Shown here: positions 53,892 to 64,000 of the stretch, one piece after another
How positions within the stretch are numbered: the first letter of the stretch is position 1
Layout: each line of letters begins with the position of its first letter
Assembly: GCA_964016885.1 (NCBI GenBank)
Contig: OZ024742.1
Coordinates: forward strand, 154,628,001 to 154,692,000
Source of the DNA: Eledone cirrhosa
Lineage: Eukaryota
DNA length: 64,000 nucleotides
Direction: 5' to 3'
Position numbers and translations under genes: made by a program
The notes under the pieces: generated by a model
Databases searched by the model: none
What the model was told of the DNA's origin: nothing
The model's input: the letters and a program-made list of their open reading frames with translations, nothing else

Positions 53892-55551
53892 ATAGAGAAA
53901 TCAATGTGAGCAATAAGCCAACAGTGATTCATACATATAAGTGACTATTACGTCAAGATAGAAAATATTTAACGTAAGATATGGGAAAATAATACAATCT
54001 CAATTTAAAAAAAATCAAGACAGACATTTTATCCACATATTTTGTGTAATCCAGGGAAAAAACCAATAGTCATAACTCAGAATAAAATTAAGGGTAAATA
54101 CTTATCCTTCAATTTGGAAACAGTTGCAAATGCTTTATATAGTCTTTAAAATACTATTTCACGAAACTTTTCAGTGGGGTTAATCACGGTTGGAATCGTT
54201 CATCACATACCGCTCAACACGATAACTAAACCACAGCTAAAAATGCCAAAAGGGAATTTAAAAGCAGACTAGTTACATCTCGTGTGGAATTAAGATAATA
54301 AACACACATGGAGAACAGGGCTAGTGACGTCAGAATGAGACGAATGACTGTTTACAAGAAACAGCAGTCAAAACATTCTGACAAAAACTCAACAAAAGGT
54401 ATAGGGTTCAGCATAACGCAATATTATCGCGGGTTTGTTTTTTCAACCGGGATTAGTCACAAATAATTATAAGCACACTAGGAAAAGGAAAAATTCCGAG
54501 AAATAAACATTATATCCACACATAACAGGCGCAATGCTCCAACCGATTACAGAAGCGACAAAAAACGAACCCCAACCAAAATTAAACAGAAAACATGATT
54601 GCAATAACAACATCACAATTAGTAACTAAGCTGAAGATAAAGACATAGAGAGACACACAAGAACCAAAATAATAAAACAAACTAGACACACACTGATAAA
54701 ACAAGGATCCTGTGAATCTTTTCTCGTCTTGGGAGATAGTTTAAGTCAAAAATAAAAACATTTATTATCTATTTTATTTTTCAATTAAAACAATTTTTGT
54801 TTTCTTTAATATCTTTTTTAAATTATTGTAAAATAGAATGTTCGCAAAATCTAATTATGAATTCCGCGACAAAATAATTTCCAGGACAACTACTTTATTT
54901 TACCCGATCCATCGAGGAATATAATTGGACGCAGCTGTGATATTACCTTTGACAAAATGGCGTTATTTGAATTACGAGCCATTTACATTCATTAGCTTTT
55001 TAAGTCTCCAACTGTTAAGAAATACCTTTTACACAGTATTCTGAAAGTAATTCTCTAGATTATTTAATATAAATGAATTTGATACATGATAGCTTTTTGA
55101 GTAGAAATTAATGTTACACTTCTAAAGATAAATTGAAGTAGCATCCAAGTACTGTGATAGATATATTCAAACTGCTCAAACTGCTGGCATTGAACCTGAT
55201 TACAAAAACATTATTACTGCGTGGTGTATTATTGTATACAACGTGGGAGAAACTAGTCTGTGTTTTTTTCTGGAAGAGATGTGCGTTAGGTAAATTATAG
55301 ATTAAGACAACTGATTTCGTGGAGCTTCTACATATGTCAAACACACGGCGCCGAAGCTGTTTCAGATGTTTAGTTAATTGGCAAGAGGTGCTCTTTTAAA
55401 ATGACAAGGAATTTGACAGCTTACAAAACTGCCTTGCTAAATATGTTGCTAATAGCTATTAGGATATTTTGCGCACACATATCCACTAATATTAGACATA
55501 CACACGCACACACGCACACACGCACACACACGCAACACACACACACACACA

Positions 55552-55626
<75 letters not shown>

Positions 55627-55649
55627 CCACATACACACACACACACATA

Positions 55650-55890
55650 TATATTGTTTTAATTTGGGAAGTTCATGCTGCCAATAAAGACACACGCACC
55701 TGTTAGATTTCACTTCAATTTATTATAAATTTCCCGGCGTTTGGTTCGACAACCGGATGGTTGTTTGTATACTGTCAAATTTCTTTCTTCACCCATTATG
55801 TGACCTCATCAGTGAATAGGTTTTTATTTTGTGTCTCTCCATTATTCTGTCCTACACCATCTTGTTTGTTGTGTGTTATGTGCTTCTGTG
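55650..55890 (-). mobile_element. Solo pLTR remnant related to 31217-31500
   Basis: Colinear homology (CACACGCACC..TTTCACTTCAATTTATTATAA..CATTATGTGACCTC.TCAGTGA). Degenerate CUGAUGA hammerhead at 55774-55815. Confidence 0.75.
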
Positions 55891-56053
55891 AGGAAAAGTA
55901 TAAATAAGATATCAGAAATTATTGACAAAAAATGATACGAAAAATGTCTAAATACCAGTGTTGTTATAGATATTACATAAACGCAATGCATATATATTCG
56001 AATGCAAACAATTAAGATTAATTTAATATGCAATCATAAAATACACAACCAAA

Positions 56054-56128
<75 letters not shown>

Positions 56129-56247
56129 CCTTTGACAAAATGGCGTTATTTGAATTACGAGCCATTTACATTCATTAGCTTTTTAAGTCTCCAACTGTTA
56201 AGAAATACCTTTTACACAGTATTCTGAAAGTAATTCTCTAGATTATT

Positions 56248-57540
56248 ATGGGGGCGAGTGACTCGGCTGAAATTAGCGACCTTGTGGGCCTGTACATCCT
56301 ATATAACCTGAAGAACCTCTTTACCCGCCTAACTGGAGGTTTATACCGAGACGACGGCCTCTTCGCCCTGCATAAGGTTAGCCCCAGAACCACCGATGGG
56401 TTTCGGAAAAACTTAAGCTCTTTCTTCTCTAATCTAGGATTTAGTATAACTATAGATTCTAATTTGACTAGGGCCAACTTCTTAGATGTCACTCTCGACC
56501 TAGATACCTCCCTCTATTACCCGTACCACAAACCTAACGAGTCCCTTAAATATATTAATGTTAATTCAAACCACCCCTAAAACATTACTGATAACCTAGT
56601 AAAAAGCGTCTCTATTAGAATATCTGGCCTCTCCGCCAACAAAGATATTTTTAATGCATCTGCCTCCTACTACAATGACGCCCTAGCCCGTAGCGGATTT
56701 AAAGATAAGATAACTTACCTAGAAACCACCGCAAAATTGCAGAGGAGGAATAGACATAGGCAGATTAGCTGGTACAACCCTCCCTTCAATAGAGAGGTAT
56801 CTACTCCGATAGCTAGGATTTTCTTCACTTTACTGAAATTACACTTCCCCATACAACATAGGTACTACACCATCTTTAATAAGAACACTATAAGACTGTC
56901 TTACTCCACCACACCTAACCTAGCTAGGAATATAGCCAACCACAACTCTAAACTAAATAAGCCAACCACCTCCGAAACCAATCCCCGGACTGGGGCTCTA
57001 TGTAATTGCCTAAATAAGGAAGCATGCCCACTAGAAAACAAATGCCTCACAAATGACATCGTATACAAATGCGATGTCATCTCGGGCACCGAGGATTGCA
57101 AAAAAACTTACATCGGCATGACCTCCAACAACTTTAAGACCCGTTGGTATGCCCATACCCACTCCTTCAGAAGACCGGATAAATCAAATCAAACAACACT
57201 CGCCTCCTACGTTTGGGACCTCAAAAGGAACTCCACCCCCTTCACGCTTAATTGGAAAATACTCCAGAAAGCGCGCTCTTACAACGGAGGACACAAGGGC
57301 TGCGACCTTTGTATTTCAGAGAGCTACGAAATTTTATTCGCCAAGGGCCCGCTACTGAACAAACTCTCTGAACACTGCCCGAACTGCATGCACAAGAACT
57401 TTGCAACATTCAAACACTTTAAGCCAGTGTTAAAGCCCGATGGCTAAAAACGACCTCCCCCTATTGGCCCCTATACCTCCTTCCCACCCTACCCCCACCC
57501 CTCCTCAACCTGAAATACGGCCACTATGGTCATGTGAGTA
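56248..57540 (+). mobile_element. 5'-truncated Hydra-like PLE (RT C-half, thumb, CxCx5C linker, GIY-YIG)
   Basis: MGASDSAEISDLVGLY, GGLYRDDGL, ANFLDVTLDL, one TAA at 56578, then WYNPPFN, CNCLNKEACPLENKC, IVYKC..TYIGMT, CDLC and CMH. Confidence 0.9.
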
Positions 57541-57599
57541 CCTCTTTCGTATCTACATTTTCTGCCTGTAGAGGTGTCTTTATGTGCCTGTGTATATGC

Positions 57600-57665
57600 G
57601 TATATTTATTGAGTACCTATTTACTTGTATGTGTATATATTTGTTTGTATATGTGTATATGTGTA

Positions 57666-57724
<59 letters not shown>

Positions 57725-57877
57725 ATATATATATGTTTTTTATGTGTATATGTGTTTTATGTGTGTATATTTATGTAGGTATATGTATGTATGTGTTTGT
57801 GTATATGTATGTATGTATGTATATGTGTGTATGTGTATGTATGTGTATATGTATATATATAAGTATATATATATGTG

Positions 57878-57913
<36 letters not shown>

Positions 57914-57919
57914 TGTGTA

Positions 57920-57950
<31 letters not shown>

Positions 57951-58032
57951 ATGTATATGTCTGTGTGTATATGTGTTTTATGTGTGTATATTTATGTATG
58001 TATATGCATGTATGTGTTTGTGTATGTGTATG

Positions 58033-58107
<75 letters not shown>

Positions 58108-58292
58108 GTGTGTATGTGTGTGTATGTATGTATGTATACGTGTGTATGTGTGTGTGTATGTTTATGTATATGTATGTGTATGTGTGTTTGTATGTATGTG
58201 TGTGTATATGTGTGTATATATATGTGTATATGTATGTGTGTGTATATATATGTGTATATGTATATGTGTATATATATATGCGTATATATGTG

Positions 58293-58323
<31 letters not shown>

Positions 58324-58364
58324 GTATGCATGTATATGTATGTGTGTGTGTACGTATGTGTATA

Positions 58365-58459
<95 letters not shown>

Positions 58460-58492
58460 ATGTATGTGTGTATATGTATATATGTATATGTA

Positions 58493-58523
<31 letters not shown>

Positions 58524-58574
58524 GTGCGTGTGTGTGTGTGTATATATATATATATGTATATGTATATGTATATA

Positions 58575-58629
<55 letters not shown>

Positions 58630-58698
58630 ATATATGTATATATGTATATATATATGTATATGATTGTGTGGGCAGGTGTGTGTATATATATATATATA

Positions 58699-58761
<63 letters not shown>

Positions 58762-58866
58762 GTATATATATGTATATATATGTATATGTGTGTGTATTTG
58801 TATGTATATGTGTATATGCGTGTATGTGTGTGTGTGTATATGTATGTATGTATATGAATGTGAGTG

Positions 58867-58906
<40 letters not shown>

Positions 58907-58920
58907 TATAAATATATATA

Positions 58921-58969
<49 letters not shown>

Positions 58970-58998
58970 GTATGTGTATGTGTGTGTGTGTGTATATT

Positions 58999-59080
<82 letters not shown>
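57600..59080. repeat. ~1.5 kb compound (TA)n/(TG)n/(TATG)n tract
   Basis: Direct reading. It is the source of the long YI/CV spurious ORFs. Confidence 0.95.
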
Positions 59081-59081
<1 letters not shown>

Positions 59082-60171
59082 CGGCGATGAATTAGTTTTG
59101 CGAGGTTTTTTATATGAAATCGTGTGTCGAAACAGATATTGTTATATCTGGCTACAACCAAAGAGACAGAGTCAGAGTATACGAAGGAGCCATGGAAAAG
59201 TATAAGACCCTCATAGAACTGGACATGAAAGGAATTTGCCCACTATACAGGAGCAAATCATGGAATAGCTTAGATAGGGCTAGACATAAGATAGGGAAGG
59301 CCACATCATGGTACGACAACCAGAGATATCAGAGTGTCATGTTTGTGGACGCCACCCCTGGAGGGAAATTAGCTAACCAGTGTAGAAAGGCCCTGAGAAA
59401 GACCCACTTAAAAATAAAGGTGGTAGAAAAGCCAGGAACCACCATAAAATCCCTGATCAGCAAAACCTACCCTTTTAAGAAAACCCACTGTACCAATAGG
59501 AAATGTATCATATGTAAGGTGAACCCCCGGATAAACTGTAAAACTAGAAACGTAGTCTATAGCATAAGATGTACAGAGGGTACTTGCAGAAACACGACAA
59601 CAACATACATAGGTGAGACAGCTCGTAGCATAGGTGAAAGGATAGACCAACACTGGGGGAAACTAAAAGGACGAAAAAACGGGTCAGTACTATACGAACA
59701 TGCTAGACAACATCATGACGGTAACATAGACAACATAGAAATTAGAATAATATCTAAACATAGGAATGACCCAGCAGATAGGCAAATCAGAGAGGCCAGT
59801 GAAATAGAAATTAGAAGACCAAAGTTAAACAGAAAGAATGAGTGGAACAACAACAACACCCAAACAAACAACACTGACCTAAGAGAAGTATAAATAAATA
59901 AGTAAATTAAATAAAATAAAATAAAATAAGATAAATAAATACATACACAAGCACATAAACACACACTAGTCACCCAGCAGACACAACACTATACACACTA
60001 GTCACACATCACACATAACACTATACACACACGCAAACGCATGCGCAAAGAAGACAAAATAAAATAAGATAAACAAACAAGCAAATAAATAAATAAATAT
60101 ATAGACAGACTGAACAAAAAAAAATGGCGTAGACATACAACACAACAGGAGGAACAATGAATATAACACCA

Positions 60172-60207
60172 CTGACGATGTTGCAGATGTGCAACGAAAG
60201 ATTTATG
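60172..60207 (+). ncRNA. Hammerhead-like motif in the pLTR of the intact PLE
   Basis: CUGACGA-U-GUUGCA(GAUG)UGCAAC-GAA-AGAUUU-A. Strong stem II, weak stems I and III. Confidence 0.55.
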
Positions 60208-60394
60208 TAAACTATATATATATGTGTTTGTCTATATTGTATCTGTAACATTTTTGACCGCCGGTCAGTCAATGGCAACATTGAGGACCGAGTAAGTTAG
60301 ATCGCAGATATATATATATAAAAGACAGCGAGAAGCGAAAACCAACCAAACAGTGAGTGTGTTCTGTTATTAATTCTGGCAATATTACGCAAAT

Positions 60395-63300
60395 ATGACC
60401 CTCCCCAAATATAACAATATCTGTTTCGACACACGATTTCATATAAAAAACCTCGCAAAACTAATTCATCGCCGCTATGGCATTAGCTTGTGCCAAGCTG
60501 AAAGGTTATTGAAAGACACTGTTTTCTGTTATTTAAAAACTACAATAACAACAGAACAAATCCGCTTCTTAAAACACTGTGTTTCCTCCAAAACATACAC
60601 AACAAACATATCAAAACAAGTAAATAATTTATTATTGAACAAAACACAAGCTGAACGGCTAAAACACACAATAACAGTTAATATGAAAAGAACAACATAC
60701 ACAAAAGTCAACGCACTCTACAGACAAAAACGCATCAACGGTAAGGAAATCCGAAATCTCATCACAGCAAACGAGAGAGATGACTTCATGAGCGTCATCC
60801 GACGCGAAACGAAATATGCTCAAAACGAATGCTGTAGGCATTTCAAGAAGAAATTAGAATGGATGAATAAGAAAAAACTACAAGAAAGGAAAATCGAATA
60901 TTCTCAAAAATACCCAGATAACATCGACAACATCCGTATGAGTGATGTAAAACTACCGGAAGAATTTACCAATGACCACACAGTAAATATCTATGGGAAC
61001 ACTTTAATCAGTGAACAAGAACAACAAATCCTAAAGTTACCACCAAAATTTGCCATCTACAAAAAGATTAATCCTATGGAATGCAAAACGGAGCTGGAAA
61101 AGTGTTTCACAAAAATACGTTGGAATGCAAAGGTAAACAACAACAACAATAATAACGGTAGTAGTAATATAAACAATAACTCTGGGTATAGAAATAACAG
61201 CCATAACCATAACAATGGCAGGAAAGTGAGAAATAGTGATAATGGTAATAATACTAGCGATAGACAGAACAACAACAACCACAATAATAATAATAATAGA
61301 AACGTTAACCACAGACACAGCAACAGTGACCACAGTAGTAATAACGGTAACAATACGAACAACAACAACAACAATAACCACAGTGGTAATAATGGAAATA
61401 GTACATGTAGCAACATCAACAAAAACAAGAAACATAATAATAGTAACAACCACAATGGTAGAAATAGCAGTAACAACAACAACAATAACGGTGAAGTAAA
61501 CAACAATACATCTAGCAATCATAACAATAATAATATTAATGCTAAGGATAGAAACAACAACAACCACCATGATAACAATAATAGCAACACACACAACTAT
61601 GACGATAGAAATAACGACAACCCCTTAGAGAAACTATTTTTCAACCCAGCTGACAAAACATATAAGATGGGTAATATCTATCCTACGAGGTTACCCTTTA
61701 ATACAAGAGTTTGCATACCACAACAAATAGATGACGAGACGGAGGCACAGTTCACCATAGCTAGAAATAAGATTAGACAAGTAGTAGACAGGTACACTAT
61801 GAGACAGAGCAGACCAGAGGCCCAACAACTTGGGATAAAACCTGTAGAAGGCTTGGTTAGCCTCAAGCAGCGCACAAGGGATGGTGAGGTAGTGTGTCTA
61901 CCCACAGATAAGTCTGGTAGGATGTCAATAGATAGCATGCCGAACTACATCGAGGCAATGCAACCCCACATCACCAACACGAGCGAAGTTGCACAACTAA
62001 CACACGATGGGAGAGAAAAAATCCTCAACGCTCACATGATGATGTGGACTGACATCCTAAAGCCAAGCAGACGCACTGCCAACAACTTCCAGGCGTCTAA
62101 CAATGGCATACCACCCTTGTATGGGCTCCGCAAAGACCACAAGACAGTCGACGACCCGACAATAGGACCACCAACAAGACCTGTATGCGGAGCTAATATA
62201 GCTAGCAACTACAGGATCTCCTACTTCCTCTCAATGGTTATACGCCCCATAATCAAGATGTCCCCAGATGTATGTGAAAGTACAGAGGACCTCCTCAGCA
62301 GAATCAGTGAGTGCAACAAAAACAGGAGCCTATCCAACTGCATAATAGGCAGCATGGATGTGGTGTCACTGTACCCATCCATTAACATTGATTTTGCTGT
62401 GAAAAGATGTGTGGAGATGATCATTGAGAGTGAGGTGGAGTTCTGCGACGTCGACACAGACGAACTGGGCCTCCTACTTAGACTTACCTACGACACTGAC
62501 TACCTAGACAGCCATGACCTTAGATGTTTCTGCCCTAGTAGACCTATAAGAGGTAGACCCCCCACCATAACCTCAATGGCTAAAAAGACTCCCATAGGAA
62601 GGTGGATTGGGTGGACCAAAGCTATACGGACCCCCCAAAACACTGATCAGGTAAGAAAAATGGTCGCACATGCAATAGGGGCTAGTATCAAAACTACCCT
62701 AAAGGGCCACATATTTAAGTTCAATGAGAAAACCTACACCCAAAATGAGGGAGCAGCCATCGGCGTCAGCATAGCTGGCGATGTTGCCAACCTTTTCATG
62801 GTATGGTGGGAAAGGAGACTTAAAGATCTCCTTAATGAAAGCTCCATAGACCTCATCATGTACTCTCGTTATGTAGACGATATCAATATAGTTATAAGAA
62901 CACCCCCACTAGAGAGCACTAACAAGTTTGATTTAGAACGTAGCACGATGGAAAGCATCCAGCAGATAGCTAATTCCATACACCAGAGTATAACTGTAAC
63001 TATAGACTTCCCTTCCAAACACCCTAACAATAGACTACCTGTATTAGACACAGAACTCTGGATTAACACTATAGACGAGAGAGACCAAATTCTCCACTCA
63101 CACTATGCTAAACCCATGGCCTCCAAATACCTGATACTCAAAAACTCAGCAATGTCCAGTAGTGCTAAGTTTAATATTCTGATCGCAGATTTGGTACGAG
63201 TGATGAAGAATGTGTCCAGCATGTGCGACCCAACAGAAATGGAAGGACACATCCAACACTTCATCAACCGCATGCAGTTCTCTGGCTACAACCAAAGAGA

Positions 63301-64000
63301 CAGAGTCAGAGTATACGAAGGAGCCATGGAAAAGTATAAGACCCTCATAGAACTGGACATGAAAGGAATTTGCCCACTATACAGGAGCAAATCATGGAAT
63401 AGCTTAGATAGGGCTAGACATAAGATAGGGAAGGCCACATCATGGTACGACAACCAGAGATATCAGAGTGTCATGTTTGTGGACGCCACCCCTGGAGGGA
63501 AATTAGCTAACCAGTGTAGAAAGGCCCTGAGAAAGACCCACTTAAAAATAAAGGTGGTAGAAAAGCCAGGAACCACCATAAAATCCCTGATCAGCAAAAC
63601 CTACCCTTTTAAGAAAACCCACTGTACCAATAGGAAATGTATCATATGTAAGGTGAACCCCCGGATAAACTGTAAAACTAGAAACGTAGTCTATAGCATA
63701 AGATGTACAGAGGGTACTTGCAGAAACACGACAACAACATACATAGGTGAGACAGCTCGTAGCATAGGTGAAAGGATAGACCAACACTGGGGGAAACTAA
63801 AAGGACGAAAAAACGGGTCAGTACTATACGAACATGCTAGACAACATCATGACGGTAACATAGACAACATAGAAATTAGAATAATATCTAAACATAGGAA
63901 TGACCCAGCAGATAGGCAAATCAGAGAGGCCAGTGAAATAGAAATTAGAAGACCAAAGTTAAACAGAAAGAATGAGTGGAACAACAACAACACCCAAACA
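60395..64000 (+). CDS. PLE polyprotein (RT plus GIY-YIG endonuclease), open to the window end; predicted ~1210 aa
   Basis: Hand translation from MTLPKYNNICF found no stop. Motifs: PTDKSGR, PLYGLRKDHK, GPPTRPVCGA, SMDVVSLYPSI, QNEGAAIG, RYVDD (YVDD at 62870-62881), DFPSKHPNNRLPVLD, CTNRKCIIC, VVYSIRCTEGTC..YIGET. The stop is inferred at ~64027 from the tandem copy. Confidence 0.92.
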   Translation, partial: MTLPKYNNICFDTRFHIKNLAKLIHRRYGISLCQAERLLKDTVFCYLKTTITTEQIRFLKHCVSSKTYTTNISKQVNNLLLNKTQAERLKHTITVNMKRTTYTKVNALYRQKRINGKEIRNLITANERDDFMSVIRRETKYAQNECCRHFKKKLEWMNKKKLQERKIEYSQKYPDNIDNIRMSDVKLPEEFTNDHTVNIYGNTLISEQEQQILKLPPKFAIYKKINPMECKTELEKCFTKIRWNAKVNNNNNNNGSSNINNNSGYRNNSHNHNNGRKVRNSDNGNNTSDRQNNNNHNNNNNRNVNHRHSNSDHSSNNGNNTNNNNNNNHSGNNGNSTCSNINKNKKHNNSNNHNGRNSSNNNNNNGEVNNNTSSNHNNNNINAKDRNNNNHHDNNNSNTHNYDDRNNDNPLEKLFFNPADKTYKMGNIYPTRLPFNTRVCIPQQIDDETEAQFTIARNKIRQVVDRYTMRQSRPEAQQLGIKPVEGLVSLKQRTRDGEVVCLPTDKSGRMSIDSMPNYIEAMQPHITNTSEVAQLTHDGREKILNAHMMMWTDILKPSRRTANNFQASNNGIPPLYGLRKDHKTVDDPTIGPPTRPVCGANIASNYRISYFLSMVIRPIIKMSPDVCESTEDLLSRISECNKNRSLSNCIIGSMDVVSLYPSINIDFAVKRCVEMIIESEVEFCDVDTDELGLLLRLTYDTDYLDSHDLRCFCPSRPIRGRPPTITSMAKKTPIGRWIGWTKAIRTPQNTDQVRKMVAHAIGASIKTTLKGHIFKFNEKTYTQNEGAAIGVSIAGDVANLFMVWWERRLKDLLNESSIDLIMYSRYVDDINIVIRTPPLESTNKFDLERSTMESIQQIANSIHQSITVTIDFPSKHPNNRLPVLDTELWINTIDERDQILHSHYAKPMASKYLILKNSAMSSSAKFNILIADLVRVMKNVSSMCDPTEMEGHIQHFINRMQFSGYNQRDRVRVYEGAMEKYKTLIELDMKGICPLYRSKSWNSLDRARHKIGKATSWYDNQRYQSVMFVDATPGGKLANQCRKALRKTHLKIKVVEKPGTTIKSLISKTYPFKKTHCTNRKCIICKVNPRINCKTRNVVYSIRCTEGTCRNTTTTYIGETARSIGERIDQHWGKLKGRKNGSVLYEHARQHHDGNIDNIEIRIISKHRNDPADRQIREASEIEIRRPKLNRKNEWNNNNTQT

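Larger units (their letters stand above)
59081..64000 (+). mobile_element. Young Naiad-type Penelope-like element in partial-tandem configuration (unit 4134 bp), running off the window
   Basis: 59147-59866 appears identical to 63281-64000. pLTR at ~59894-60475. 59081-59147 is the reverse complement of 60409-60475. Confidence 0.93.

Noticed and set aside
56578-56580. In-frame stop in the Hydra-like PLE as recoding
   Set aside because: It is TAA at a non-Cys position in a truncated copy, so most simply a nonsense mutation.
57534-59161. Long ORFs (515, 410, 389 aa) of YI/CV/HT repeats, and similar ORFs elsewhere
   Set aside because: Translations of dinucleotide microsatellites, which lack stop codons.
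59114-59893. 259-aa ORF as a stand-alone GIY-YIG gene
   Set aside because: It is the 5'-truncated tandem copy of the PLE ORF. Its ATG comes from the inverted cap.
61037-61594. Hydrophobic V/I/L-rich ORFs resembling membrane proteins
   Set aside because: Antisense shadows of the Asn-rich tract.

Overview
AT-rich, microsatellite-dense animal genomic DNA. The repeat landscape suggests a mollusc, probably a cephalopod such as Octopus; this is inference only. No host protein-coding gene could be supported. The window is almost entirely retroelements. (1) Three full-length but decayed Tx1/L1-clade LINEs, each sitting in (ATT)n. (2) RTE and R4/Dong-like LINE fragments. (3) A tRNA-derived SINE family. 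(4) Many Penelope-like elements (PLEs) in (TA)n, including an apparently intact, recently inserted Naiad-type PLE whose ~1210-aa ORF (60395 to beyond the window end) is missing from the ORF track and carries a 162-codon Asn-rich insert. The most striking signal is the density of minimal type I hammerhead ribozyme (HHR) motifs. These include a ~3.4 kb tandem array of ~320-400 bp units, nearly all carrying an HHR site (retrozyme-like, 8935-12380), two near-perfect long palindromes each carrying a mirror pair of HHRs, and several core variants (U3:A8 covariant, U.U stem II closure, extra nucleotide after A9). All alignments, identities and folds were done by eye.
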